64,000 nt of DNA, from positions 6,386,001-6,450,000 of the forward strand of contig CM035360.1 of NCBI GenBank assembly GCA_020137815.1. The letters are read 5' to 3'. This DNA comes from Hormiphora californensis (taxonomy: Eukaryota; Animalia; Ctenophora). This document shows positions 1 to 23,781 of the stretch, piece after piece; position 1 is the stretch's first letter, and each line of letters begins with the position of its first letter. A model generated the notes under the pieces. The model saw only the letters and a list, made by a program, of their open reading frames with translations, did no database searches and had not been told where the DNA came from. The translations under genes were made by a program, and so were the position numbers.

Positions 1-42
1 GAAAACTTCAAACTTCAAAAACTTCAGCCGGCCCCCCCCCCC
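1..42. mobile_element. Right end of a poly-G/C-terminated TIR element (same family as 26060-26888)
   Basis: gaaaacttcaaacttcaaaaacttcagccggccccccc matches the right terminus at 26849-26888. Confidence 0.85.
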
Positions 43-61
43 AAAAAAAGCGGGCAAGGAG

Positions 62-582
62 GATTTTATGGACTACGTTAAGGGTTTGGATGCCAGTAGA
101 ATTCGGGAGCGGAGGAATATTGTGTGGGTGGATGGAACACCGTCAACTTCGTTCGAAATGTTTGACATCGTCCCACGATTCGTCAGTGGGAAAAATGTTA
201 TAAAACACGGAGTGATCTGAAACATTGCTGCTTTCGGCCGGATCAACGGGATCTTAGCTTGACGATCTTTTTGACGGTCGGTATCTACGTTTGCTACGTT
301 GAACCGTGGTCCACACTGTACAGGGACAACTTTTATCTTCTGAACTTTGAGTACTATTCAAGGGACCGAGCTAAAAGTCTAGCGGAAATTTTCGAGTTTA
401 TTGGCGTATCACAGTTACCCCAAGGGGAGATTGCAGGCTGGTTCGCAAAAAATAACATTGAAAACCATCAAAAATCGTACCCGCAAATGCTAGAGAAAAC
501 TCGAGATCTGCTAAAGAAGTTTTACAGTCCGTTCAATGCAATGCTAGTGCAAGTAACGGGAAGAGCCGAATTTTTCTTCTGA
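62..582 (+). pseudogene. Sulfotransferase fragment (CHST15/heparan-sulfate sulfotransferase-like), probably disrupted
   Basis: C-terminal VGIYVCYVEPW...LNFEYY...IFEFIGV...TRDLLKKFYSPFNAML resembles the Sulfotransfer_1 C-terminus of CHST15. The upstream VWVDGTPST motif is in another frame, the LRNP-type 3'-PB segment is missing, and a TE end abuts the 5' side. Confidence 0.55.
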
Positions 583-1013
583 AAAAATGGCTACACCAGT
601 CACCCTGTGTACCTACACACGTTGAGTCGCTTGACACTGCACACACGTTAGTACAGACTACATTTAGAGAAGGAAGAACTACTGATTAGTTAGTTATTAT
701 TATTATTATTAAATCTAAAATGTATACATTGGATAAAATTAGTTAGTGACTGGCTCTCCGGCACTGGTCGTTATCGAGCTTTCTATATACTAGAGTACCC
801 GTTTGCTGGGAACCCGTGACCTGGTAAATGGTAATTGGTAAATCATTTACTGTAACGCGCGAATTTTTCCAAAAAAGCGCTGCTTTTTTACGCCGCGCGC
901 GGAACCTAGAATTACGCGCGCAGTGTAAAATTTTAAAATTCATTGAAAATTTCCTCGCGTTTTATGTCGCCAAAAAAAGTCGACGAAAAATTCCAAATTC
1001 GTGAATTTAGAAT

Positions 1014-1518
1014 TATAAGAACTCCGGTCAGTTCTCATCTTGCCAATCCGTTTTCCGGGAACCCCTGGCCAAAGGACATTAAAGTTCACATAACGACCAA
1101 GTTTCATATCGATTGGATAAGATTTTGGGTGGCTACGGTGAAAAATATCGTATTTTTGGCATTTTTAACTTTCCCGACGCGATTTACGACCCTTAAACAT
1201 TGAGTTACGGGAAATCGCTATGGTGTAAAATGAAGTTCAAACGATTCTCTTTCCCCACTATTGCGTTAGTTTTTTGATTTAGAGCCGTTTTCAGGGTCTT
1301 AGAAGCGTTTGAAAAAATGTAAGTATTTTTGGCGCAATGACGTCACCCCGTGACGTCACTGTTGTAAAGATCGGATCAAAAATCTGAGCCCGTACTTACA
1401 CCCGCCTTGGTCCAAAGTACCAGTGTACAAATTTTCAGGGGTCTAGCTCAAAAACTGTAGGAGGAGTAGGGAGAAAACAATTATCGGACTAACATTTTGG
1501 AATTTATTATATGGATAC
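1014..1518. mobile_element. Possible non-autonomous interspersed element (Helentron/HINE-like)
   Basis: Small hairpin (agaact..agttct) at one end, AT-rich ...ggaatttattatatggat at the other, non-coding. Boundaries approximate. Confidence 0.3.
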
Positions 1519-2253
1519 CGTGCCTTCACGGGAAACTACTGCAGAATACATCTATGATCTAGTACAGACTATTCGTGTTCAACGGGTATTCCGTGTTCGC
1601 AAAGTTGTCATTAACTTTGTTATCATGCAGAATTTCATTGTACTTTTCTGAGTTTTGGTTTACAGTTTATACAACAGTGTTCAGTTCATCGCACGCACAA
1701 TTCGTGGGCCTAGCCTCTCCAACGATGCGTAAATTTCACCGGATTGACAGGGCTGAGGGCATCTTGGAATTCCTAGCTCACTGCTCATTCGAAGAAAAAA
1801 AATAAGAAAACAAGAAATTTCGAGTACGAGGCACGAAGTAGAAAATTTGAGCCATGAATTGAAGTTTACGCCGCGCGATAAAAACGCGCAAAAATAAAGC
1901 CGCGCAATTTCTTTAGAAATTTGACAGGGAGCCCATGAAATCAGTTCCAACAACAGGAAACTCTTTTTTTTGGTTTGAAAATCAAAGAACCAAAAAGGTA
2001 CAAGGATCAAACTTAATCGGATTTGATAAAAAATAAAAATCCTCTTATCAGTACAAATAAATTGATCTCAAATAAGTTAGGAACTGTCCGCTATTAGTAG
2101 GTGCAACATGTCCATGTATGTGAACTTCGATCAAACACTCCCCCGTGGCAAGTTATGTGAAAGAAGGTGTTATCAGGGGGATATATATCTCTTGTCACAC
2201 ACAGATCAAGTGCGCCCACCGTGCCCCAGCGCCCACTGAGACGGCGGCGAATG

Positions 2254-7411
<5,158 letters not shown>

Positions 7412-7838
7412 ACTTACTGAGCTAAAACAGAAGAATACAGAGTGTCAGATATAGAATGGGTATACAGAGTGAAATATGGAATGGGTAATGGGTATAGAAT
7501 ACAGATGAGAGAAATATGGGGTAGATTCAAGGAAGGATAGGAAAACAAGACACTGGGGTTACACAATTTGCAATTAATATTACGAGGTAAAAACAGACAG
7601 CATACACAACACATGAAATCATACATCACGATCAATTTATATATCGACCACCCCCCTCCCAAAGATCAATATATATCACCCTCCCAAAGTCTCCCATATT
7701 ATACTACATAACCATCACTCTGGGGGTGATACCATCACTCTAGGGGTGATACGGTATTTCAAGATGGTTTTGAACCCGATACATTCTCAAGAATTGGTCC
7801 CATTGCAGCAAGAAGAAGAAACTCTATATTCCACCCTG

Positions 7839-8249
7839 TCAAGACGCTCCAGGCATATTTGGAAATAGTTCTAACCCACTACCCTCCCCACCTCCATTAC
7901 CCGTGGGTTCTGGGTAGGTAGGTCGTCGTTTCTTCCTCGGTACCTCTTCCTGCTCTCCCTCGTCTTCCATCCCTAGATCCGGGATCTTGGAAACCAACTC
8001 AGATAGGAAGTCATACCTCCTATCAGTCTCAATACATGACTTAAGGTGCTGAAGATTCAGTGTTTTAGCACCACGCTCCCTGGTCAGAGTATCTGCTTGG
8101 TCAAGAAGGGACGATAGGAACATTTCCAGGGCCTTGGATATTATAACAGGAACTGCAGCTGATACTTTACCCACCTCCTCATCGCTCTGCATGATCTTCT
8201 TGATCCGTGCAGGAGCAAATCTGGCATTGAACTTCTTTTTACTTGGCAT
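7839..8249 (-). CDS. DRAP1: Dr1-associated corepressor (NC2 alpha), histone-fold, intronless CDS
   Basis: [44 protein letters not shown]...[19 protein letters not shown]. Confidence 0.95.
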   Translation of the reverse strand: MPSKKKFNARFAPARIKKIMQSDEEVGKVSAAVPVIISKALEMFLSSLLDQADTLTRERGAKTLNLQHLKSCIETDRRYDFLSELVSKIPDLGMEDEGEQEEVPRKKRRPTYPEPTGNGGGEGSGLELFPNMPGAS

Positions 8250-8550
8250 CTTATCTCATGTTGTCATGGCTACAAGGGAGTTCACTGTCAGCAACACATG
8301 GTGTACAATGTTGCGAAATGGAACTCTGTTCCAGAGCATGGAAGCCTCGTGCTCTTCGCGCGTTTTTTGAGCAACGAAGTGCCTACGAATGGGTTTTTGT
8401 ACGGCGCGTACTGCTAGTCGCTGTGGGGATGTTGCAAATGTGTCCCACTTTTAGTACAAACTGTACCGTGTATAATTATGGCTTAACGAAATACGGAATA
8501 CATTATACACACACAAATTATACACTCTACACACACTAATCCTTATATCT

Positions 8551-14064
<5,514 letters not shown>

Positions 14065-14968
14065 GATTTACAAAATTGGTTAGAGCCTCGGACTCTGGTC
14101 AGTCTACGAGCTAGGGATTACAAAACATGTTAATTTGTGATGTAATGGTGATGAAGATTGGAGAGCAGAGACCCTATCTCAAAAATAACAAGCAGATTGT
14201 GTCACATGTGACATTAATGGCACACTACGCACCGGCCCAATGATATTTTATGTTTAACACGGATCACAGCCTCATTAAGCACATCAGAGAAATCGGACAT
14301 CGTATATTTTAAGGGGCCTTTAAAGTCTGTGGTGCGTGCTGCCAGATGGAAACAACTATAGCCACTCAATCTAGACGGTATCTCGTAGATAATTGATAGC
14401 CTTGAACGGTTACCAGCACACCAAAATCGACGGGTCAAATCTCAGAGAAACCTCGACGCACCGAGGGGCCAGATTTTTGTTTGGGCGGAGGACGAAAAAA
14501 CTTTTCTGGGACTGAAAAACAGAGAGAGACTGAAAAACAGATTTTCAAATTAATTTGAATTTTTTAGGCATGTGCCGCGCACGCGCAGAAACATGCGCGT
14601 TCATTATTAAGATTTGTCGCGCGTCACATTATTCCTGGGTAAGAAATGTAGAAATGCCGGGTAAGAAAATGTAGAAACGATTTTAAAATATGGAATCTCA
14701 TGCAAATAATTACAACGTCACATTTGAATAACATCATTCCGACTCAGTTCAAATTCCATCAAAGCTTTGTCAACCAGCTTTGTCAAAGTCAATTCTCTGT
14801 TTCAGTTCGAGTCAACTCTCATTGAGACTGAGAGTCTGAGCGTCTCAATCTCATGCCACTATAGCCCTCTCAGTTAAACTTTACATTCATAAGATCACTA
14901 TCAAGTATCAGTGCCTGCTGATAGCCTTCCACTTTCTCTGTCATACCGGTATCACTACTTTCTTGTTA

Positions 14969-16200
14969 CAGTCGGACCCCGATTTAACGGCCCCCGATTT
15001 AGCGGCACCCCGATTTAACGGCAGGATAAATTTCCCCCAAGATTTTTTGAAATTTTTTTTGAAATTTTTTTTTGAAATTTTTTTTTGAAATTTTTTGAAA
15101 AACCACGTCTGAATCGTGTTTCGAATCGGTGCATCTTATAGCATGTCTTGCCGGTAATTAGACGGTTCGAAACGAACAGATATGTGATCCCCATGAGGCC
15201 CAACGAATCGCAATTTTGACGCTTGTTAAACTGGCCTCATGGGGATCACGTATCGGTTCGTTTCGAACCGTCTAATTAGCGACAGGACGTGCGATAAGAT
15301 GCACTGATTCGAAACACGATTCGGACGTGGTTGATATACCTTTGAAAAATTTTCATAACTTTTTTTGCAAAATTTTACAGAATGATTGTCAATGCTTTGA
15401 TCGGTGCTCCCCATGAATTTTCAGAGAAAGATATATTTTGAAATTCAAATTCTTCCTCACCCCGCTTAAAGTGCCCCGATTCGGCATGGTCTCACGTATC
15501 GGTTCGTCTAATTAGCAGCAAGACATGCGATAAGATGCACTGATTCGATAAACGATTCGGAAGTGGTTGATATATTACCTTAGAAAATTTTTTCCCCGCC
15601 CGGTGAATGCCGAAGGCATTCACCCGGATGCCTTTTGTAAAAAGGCATAGGGGTTTAGAATTCGACAATTTTATTTTACATACTAGTGAAGTGTCACGCT
15701 TTTTATGTAACGTAACCCGCTCAGTTGCGAGGGACAACAGTGTTGCTCCTTCATCAAATACTTCAATGGCACGTTTTCAGGAAATGTGAGCCGCGCAATG
15801 TGGCACGCAATTTAGTGCTACTAAAATACAAAGATTTGTTCTATAGGTACGGTTTGAGTGATTCATAAATGATCGGAAATGTCTGTCCCGCCTTCACATT
15901 AGATGGTTAAATGAAAATAAAGGTTGGCGGGGAAACATAGCATTATGAAACATAATGCAGTTATTCTTGTTATAACTTATTTTGAAATTATTTTGAAATT
16001 ACTTTCTTTTTCTAATCAGAAATGATCATGCAATCAATACATGGACATTGCATTTAACACTTAGAGATGTTTTAGTATAGCATTTTGGACAAAAATAGGG
16101 TTTTATGGGCCAAATATGCTCTACCCCGATTTAACGGACACCCCGATTTAACGGACAAAACCCTTTCCCCCGAGGGTGCCGTTAAATCGGGGTCCGACTG
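14969..16200. mobile_element. Tigger/pogo-like non-autonomous element
   Basis: TA|cagtcggaccccgatttaacggc ... gccgttaaatcggggtccgactg|TA; internal inverted repeat ~15105-15330. Confidence 0.9.
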
Positions 16201-16333
16201 TACTAATCTGGCATTGTCTTCTGCTAATTTAGTATCACTATCACTACCTATAAAACCTGGCCAGTGTCACTTCATTTAAATTCCGTGTGTTCTCTCCAAT
16301 AACGATGATGAAGCAATCCCAGGTCAGGTGAAA

Positions 16334-19300
16334 TCACCAGGATAATTTTCCAGGACAATACTGGGCAATGAGGGACTCGTAGAAGGGCTTTATATCCGGA
16401 ATATTGGGGACCTTCTCACTCTTGGAGTAGAGATCAAACGAACTGAAATTAGAGATCTTATGTTATAGAGAGATGCACCAACATGCCCGTTCTAAGCTTC
16501 TGCCGAGTTCAGCACGAGGGCATGAGAAGAGATCAAATGAAATAAAATGAGATTATGTTATGAATCTAGCCGGTAGTTTACAATTCTCTCTGAAAGTTCT
16601 ACATTTGCAGTTGCATAAAGTACGCACTATAATTTGAAATATGCAGTTTGAAGTTTCTGTAGTCGTGATTAATGAAATGAACTTTCTGAAAACCCGAGTA
16701 AAACTTTGGTAATGAAATTACCCCTCCGCGCGAGCGCCCCAGTATATTAGGGGTGACTTCGTAACCAAAGAAAAACTCGACTCGAAAGAAGTTGACGGTC
16801 AACTTCTTTCGAGTCTCGAGTTGACAAGAGTGTAATTGTTGACTTTTGTTGAGTAAGGGTGAGAGAGGGTCTCCACCCCTCACTCAACAAGTTTACTTTG
16901 TACCTGAAAGTTTGGACCCAGGGGAGCATTTGTCGGTCCTTGTCAGAGCAGAGATGATCATAGTCCCCGTGATGGTGCCACGGGTAGAGCGAGTGGAATC
17001 TGATCATGTACATACCCTGATGGGGGAGGAGGGGGATGATATTGAGGAGCAATAAGGGAGACAATGGGGGGATTTGATTCTTAGGCTGTCTTGCGGGGGT
17101 TTCGTCGTTTCGACTGTGCGAGCAGATCGTATCGGCACTGCCACGCAGTAGGTAGAGTTAGAGTCTAGAATAATCTTTAATCACATATCTTGCGATCCTA
17201 ATCTGATCTCATCAGGAGCTGCTTGAATTCTGTTTGATTTCTAAACACTAGGTTGCACAGGATACAAATAATAATTTGATTGGTTCTATTTTCTATTCCT
17301 CTCAACTATTTTCTACAGGATAAAATAACCGCGTTTTATTTTGACCTCTTGATTGACGGTGGAAGGATATATTTCTCAACAACATTTGCTCAATAAATTG
17401 CTAAAATATCTTGTTATGTTCTAACCTCGCAGTGAGACTGAGAGAGGGTCTAGCAAGGCTAAAATACAACTCCCGGGCTGCAAGACTCACCTCTTCAGGG
17501 ATCTGGACATTGTTCCTCCTCAACACTTGGTACATGTACTCATCGTGTCCCCAGGAGGTGACAACATTAGACAGACCACAGTTGGGGGTGTAGATCCCGT
17601 TGGGGGTGTTGTATCGGGGATCCTTCATGTCGGGGTTACCCTCAAAACTGCAGGGATAGGCCGGTGAGGATAAATGGGTGTAGTATCAGTAATATTTAGT
17701 TGTGAATTGCATTTGCAAGGTGGAGAGGTAACAATAGGATCATATCATATCTCACCTTTCCTTGCCGAACACCACACTGGGTGCCACCTCACAGCCAGTC
17801 ACGAAGATATCACCCACCACAGCCCACTGGGGCTCCCCCTGCCTCACCATTATCTTGCCGAGATCATGCAAGAGACCAACCAGAGCGAACCAGGGCTTAT
17901 CAGGGTGCTTCTCTCTTATCCTCTCCGCTGTCTGAAGGGATGGGGTTGAATCTATATGAACAACATTTCTAAGAGTGATTGGCATAAAAGGAGACCTAAG
18001 ATTCGGGTCCCTAGATATAATTAAATTTTAGGGTTGATATGAAATGAATGAAAGTTTGTGACTTTGTGGTTGCTAGATTCCTCCAAAGAATGAACCTCCC
18101 GAGTCGCCTGACACTGTGTCCACACTACAAAGTATGAACAATGAACCTCCTACTGTGAATGGGAATGTTGCGGATGGGGAGAGATACCTCCTCCTACCTG
18201 GTACATGTGGATATCGTTTGTAAGGCTAGTATCTGGATCACTCTCGTCAACAATAGTACCCACTATATCCAGCATCTCCATCACTGTGTACTGACCCACA
18301 ATCCCTGGCTTGTACTTGGCTCTCTAGGGGGGGGGGTTAGCATTGAAGAGGGAGTGGAGCCTAAGTAAAGCTATCATTTTTGATTTTACCCATTCCACAT
18401 ACACATTTGTCTCGTTCAGACTCTCCCGTGCGCTGCGAAGACAAATAGGAGCGGGGGTAATACCTAGTTGCAGGGTAGTTGAACCCTACTTAGCATGTCT
18501 AATGGCCTTCTGACTAGATAGCTCCGTCATTTCGATGTGATATTTTCCCCTTTCCGAATAAAAGAACCCAAGATCCAACAGGTGCTATTTCCCATCGCTA
18601 CGATTACAACCGTGCTGGATCAGTGCTGTTTAATATTCCAGTTGAACCCCCATTGCTTCTTCACATATTCACACCTCCCCCACCCTGCACGTGGTACCAC
18701 GTTTCCCTGTCTCAGTCTAATCAAATACCTCCACCCCCTATTGCATCATTACGGTGCAGTTTTTCATTTCCAATATTGTATGCTTTGTACCCCTAGCGAA
18801 CCCTAGCATTGGCCTAATATCTCGAGCACGTTCCAAGATTAAATTGCTTCCCCCCTCGCCCAACAAAATCGTTTTGCGGATCACTCGCATTAAAAGTCTA
18901 GAATTCTATACTCTTTCATTTCTCCAACTTCATACCAATAGTTGGAGCAATATATAAACATGAAAAACAACACAGGTGCCCCGTGCTTATGTGAAAGTTT
19001 GCTGTTTTATTTTGTTGGAGATATATCAGTCCCCAATGTTTCAGCGCCCTTATTCATAAAGTGCCTTCGGGTATATCAGTCACTTTTAGATTTATACCCT
19101 TTCCAAGATCAACAGTTTCTTCTTCTTCTTCTTCCAAAATCAAAAGTATCACTTAGAGAGCTAGAGTGGCCCCTTTCTCACCCCTGGTACAACTTGTTGA
19201 GTAAGGCACACAACATACAAAAGTAGTATCAGTTTCTACCTCACTGTTTGATACCATTTGAGTTACACTTTCTATCGTCCATTTAATGGACTGCACTAAT

Positions 19301-22198
19301 GGACTCCATTAGTGCAGTATTTTCTGGGGGCCACTTCCACTAACCCTATATTAACACAAAACACGTTCTGCTGTTTATTCTCACATTAACCCCACTATTT
19401 CCATAGTAGACCCTTGATGTCAAATATGTACCTGACTTGAAGCGTAAGCGTGTGTCTGGTTCCTGTGCATTGTAGTAGTAGGTATCCCTAACTCGTGCCT
19501 GGTCCTCGTCTAGATTATCATAGTTCCTGTAGCTTGCAATATCCCTGTCTAGCTCAAAACAGGGGGCTGCTGGTCGGTAGATCTCAGACGGGTCCGGTAG
19601 GGATATAGAGGGGTCCTGGGGATGGGGGAGAGATGTTACAATTCCAATCAATTGTCAAAGAGGCCTACAAAATATCTCCTGATACATAATGTTTCTTTAA
19701 AACATACAACTACAAGATCTCTCCTAACCCCTTGTACAATACAATGTATTGCACTGTTCCTAGATTCCTAGAACAACAAAAAGGGAAACTGTCTCCCTAT
19801 ACTTACTGTAAAATAGTAAAAAGGTGGCGACATTATAGAACTCTCAGCAAACAACTTTGTATAGAAATGATCCCTCATGCATGCAGTAGGCACATCACAA
19901 GACACAGACACTGGCGCCAGTCCAACACGTGGTAATATACCAACCCGCTCTCTCTCTCCCTCTCTACGTGCTCTCTCTCTCTATCTCTCTATAGGTTCGT
20001 GCTTTCTCTCTTTTTCTCTCTCTAGGCTCACTGTATGCTTTCTCTGTTGTCTCTCTGTGTCTTCCCTCTCTCTCTCTCTCCCATCATCCTCACATAATAT
20101 AACCTGTTCATTAACCAGCCAAACCAGTTTTACCATGACATAACGCGGGAATGGCACATGACAATGAACAACACATATCTGTCTTGGTGACATGCCTTGT
20201 TGAGTTCCACCCCTTACTCAACAAGGCATGCCGCGGGGATCATGGCTTTTTGTGCCAACAGGAAACAAACAGGAATAGTGAATACTCACATGGAACAGTA
20301 CTAAATCTAATAACTAGAGTACAAACCGGAAATAACCTATATGTACGTGTTTAGCAGTGGATAGATTTATGTGGTATTTAGGTGCCGGCAGGCACCTCCG
20401 ACCCGAAGAAAACAGCAAAAAACGAAAAAAAGAAAAAAAAAATTTTTGCCCTTGCACAAAAACCCAAAAATGCCGGCCCTATTAAGAACAAAGAAAGGTC
20501 TTTTTTTGGGGGGGGGGGGGGGGGGCAAAAAACATGTCAACGATTGTGGCCACACCGTTTGAGATATCGACTTGAAATTTTGTAGGCATGTTCTTGTAGT
20601 ATTCCTTTGTGTCATGACGTTGGCGGATTTTTGAATTTTTAATTAATTAATTAATTATAGGTAATTAAAAATGGTGCAAGGGCACCGTGCCCTTGCACAT
20701 TGCGTGTTCTGTCCCTTGCACCGCGCCCTTGCACCAAATTCTATTTTCCGTTCTGCTTAAAATATCGACTTGAAACTTTGTAGGAATGTTCTTCAATCAT
20801 AAAAGATGATGTTCGAAAAGTGGGAATAGTCAAAATTAATTAATTAGTTAGTTAGAGCCGTGCAAAAAATGGAATTTGGTGCAAGGGCAGGCAATGTGCA
20901 AGGGCAAATGGTGCAAGGGCAGCCCTTGCACCAATTTTATGATCGAACTGTGTCCACACCGTTTAATATTTTGACACGAAACTTTCTATGCATGTTCTAG
21001 TAGCATAACTACGAGTACTAGAAGAGCCGTATGATTAATATATCAATTAGGTAATTAATTATAGGCAAATTAATCAAAATTTGCCCTTGCACAATTTGTG
21101 CAAATTTCCCCTGAACATGTGCCCTTGCACCATTTTGTTTGCCCATGCACTAAATTATATTTTCCGTTCTGCTTAAAATATCGACTTGAAACTTTCTAGG
21201 AATGTTCTTCATGCATAAAACATATAATATAATCTACAGAAAGTGGGAATAGTCAAAATTAATTAATTAATTACTTAGAGATTAATTTTGGGGTGGCCCC
21301 TGCACAATTTTGGCAAATTTGATATTCAAACTTTGAGCCTTTGTGAAAGTAATGAAAATTATTTATTTCAGGTTATGATGAACAATAAGCTATAAAAACG
21401 CCCCTTTTTGTTGCACAAGCCTGTGCTTGGTATCGAAGACACCTCACACTCTGTCGCCGGGCGACCTTTGCGTGCACACGCTGGCAAGGGGTAACTTCGT
21501 AACCAAAGCCTGTGCATTGTGCATAATGAAATGGATAAATTTTCATCCAGTTGCTGGCGATAGAACTCGATAGAGTTCGATTGATTTACCATGACAACGG
21601 AGTTGGTTACCATACTAACCAGAGAATTCGTTGTAAAATAGTCCTTTCTTGCTATAAACTCGGCCTTTAGATAGAAAATTGATTTTATTCTACTCGCACT
21701 AATGCAAGGGCATTTCACAGTTTGGTGCCGTTATTTTTGTCTCTATTTTTAATAGGATTTTGGGATTAGACTGAAAGTATGGGATCATTTGAGAAGTAGT
21801 GAAGATTTGAAAATGTTAGCAACTTGTCGGTTCGACAAACTAAACCCATATGATTCCAACTTCGGGTCGGACGAGGGGAAGCTTGCCTTTTGCGAACATA
21901 TTATCCCTTGCATTCTCAGGAGATATAATTAATTGCACCAATTCGTATGTTGGTGCAACTTCTCTCACAACTCACATGCTTCAACATATATTCTGACACG
22001 CACAACACGGGCTGAACTCAGTGGCCTGTGGCTGGCCACTAGTGGGAAGTGGAAGTGGAATTGATCATTAGACCTAAACCACTATAACAGTAGTGCAGGC
22101 CTGATGATTAATACAACCACTTTCCTCTGCTCGAGTAACTGTATAGTACCACCCCAGTACCACTCTCAAGTACTACTAAAGTTTACCTGTTTGTTCAT
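16334..22198 (-). CDS. MIOX: Myo-inositol oxygenase
   Basis: Exons: 19432-19615 ([20 protein letters not shown]; one extra base at ~19474), 18198-18323 ([10 protein letters not shown]), 17756-17931 ([33 protein letters not shown]), 17491-17647 (SWGHDEYMY), 16904-17016 ([12 protein letters not shown]), 16334-16442 (FDLYSK..LSW*). The first exon 22187-22198 (ATG AAC AAA CAG|gtaaac) is tentative. Confidence 0.92.
20377..22043. mobile_element. Unclassified hairpin-ended interspersed element (Helitron/Helentron-like ends)
   Basis: 5' hairpin aggtgcc-ggca-ggcacct; 3' hairpin gtggcc-tgtggct-ggccac ending in CTAG|T; many cccttgcac/gtgcaaggg motifs and internal direct duplications. Confidence 0.55.
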
Positions 22199-22536
22199 TC
22201 AATGAGTGTGTCTCGGAGTGCAGTCAGAAAACAAATTTAATAAAACCGAATAGTATTGTTATACTTGTTTGTTTGTTACTGTTATTTGATGTCACACAAT
22301 CATGTGACATTAACTCTGTGACACCCCGCCCTCATCATGCTATGATTCATAGTGGTTTTGGAGTTGAGCCAAGAGGGAATGGAATACTTTGAACTATAAT
22401 GCTCAAACAGACGTGGTGTCATGAGGTTTAAGAAGTTTCTATCGCTCATACAAACGACATAATTACAGCATAAAGTTATGTACTTATTGAAAGCTTAAGT
22501 ACGAGGTCCTTTACTTCTATCGCTTACACTACGCTA

Positions 22537-22812
22537 GTAGGCTGTCAGGCCAATGCTCTGTCAGAGTAGGCCTTGGGGGTACGCCCATCTGAGCCCACTG
22601 TAATTGTAAAAACCTGTCTAGCGGCTCCAGACCGCTGATTCTCAGATGGGTTCCGTGGCGCCACTGTCAGAGCATTGGCCTGACCCTATTCTCATTAGTA
22701 ATTTCTTTCAAATGAGCGCGTGAAAACTGTGGTCAGAGCATTGGCCTGACTGCTGACAACGGCGCCAGATGCAGGTAAAAACGGGGTCTAGGCCAGATCC
22801 CGTTTTTACAGT
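22537..22812. repeat. Dispersed repeat carrying the gtcagagcattggcctgac motif
   Basis: Motif occurs three times here (one inverted) and again at ~45856 and ~55421. Confidence 0.5.
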
Positions 22813-23046
22813 CTAGCCCCGTCCCAGACAGCTCCAATTATGCATTCTGAGAGATCAGGGAATCGTCATGGTGCGTGTGATTTAATTACATGACATGCGG
22901 GGATTTCAATTACAGCTCTATAGTTACATGAGCTGGTATACACCAGGACAAGATTGAACACCATTTTGTAGTACCTAGGCCATATGTGATTTCCGTAACC
23001 TCAGAGACAGACAGACTCAGAGAGGGAGAGAGAGTGAGAGAGAGAG

Positions 23047-23227
<181 letters not shown>

Positions 23228-23629
23228 TAACAGACAAAACTAAATATTGGTGTACAGTATCATAGAGCCAGCTGTGACTAGGAAAGGAAGATGGTTCGAC
23301 CACCCTGAAACATTGTTTCAACAAGTTTGAGGGCTAACTCTCATTTGATTGTGAAGATAATTGGGGACCTAATAAAGAAAGAATTTAGCTGATACAGTTT
23401 TGACATGTTGATGATGGTTTTTGTGACGTTTCTCAACCCAACCTTCTTTTTTGTGTTCCTGTCTGTCTACGATCGAGCTACATAACGACCTGTTGCGGTT
23501 TTCCTGTCTGGCTATTTTCGATAAATCCTAAATCAGTTTTATTTCTCTCTTTCTCTTTCTTTCAGTATCTATCTCTCCCTCTCTTTTTCATCTGCCTCCA
23601 TCTTTCTCTCTCTTTATTTGAAATTCTCC

Positions 23630-23639
23630 TTCTATCTCT

Positions 23640-23723
<84 letters not shown>

Positions 23724-23781
23724 CCTCTCTCTCTCTCCCTCTCTCTATCTCTCTCTCTCTCTATCTCTCTCTCTCTCTCTC
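23630..23781. repeat. (CT)n microsatellite
   Basis: Direct reading. Confidence 0.95.

Noticed and set aside
17083-17165. GC-rich intronic stretch as a possible small RNA
   Set aside because: No tRNA fold or snoRNA boxes could be supported.
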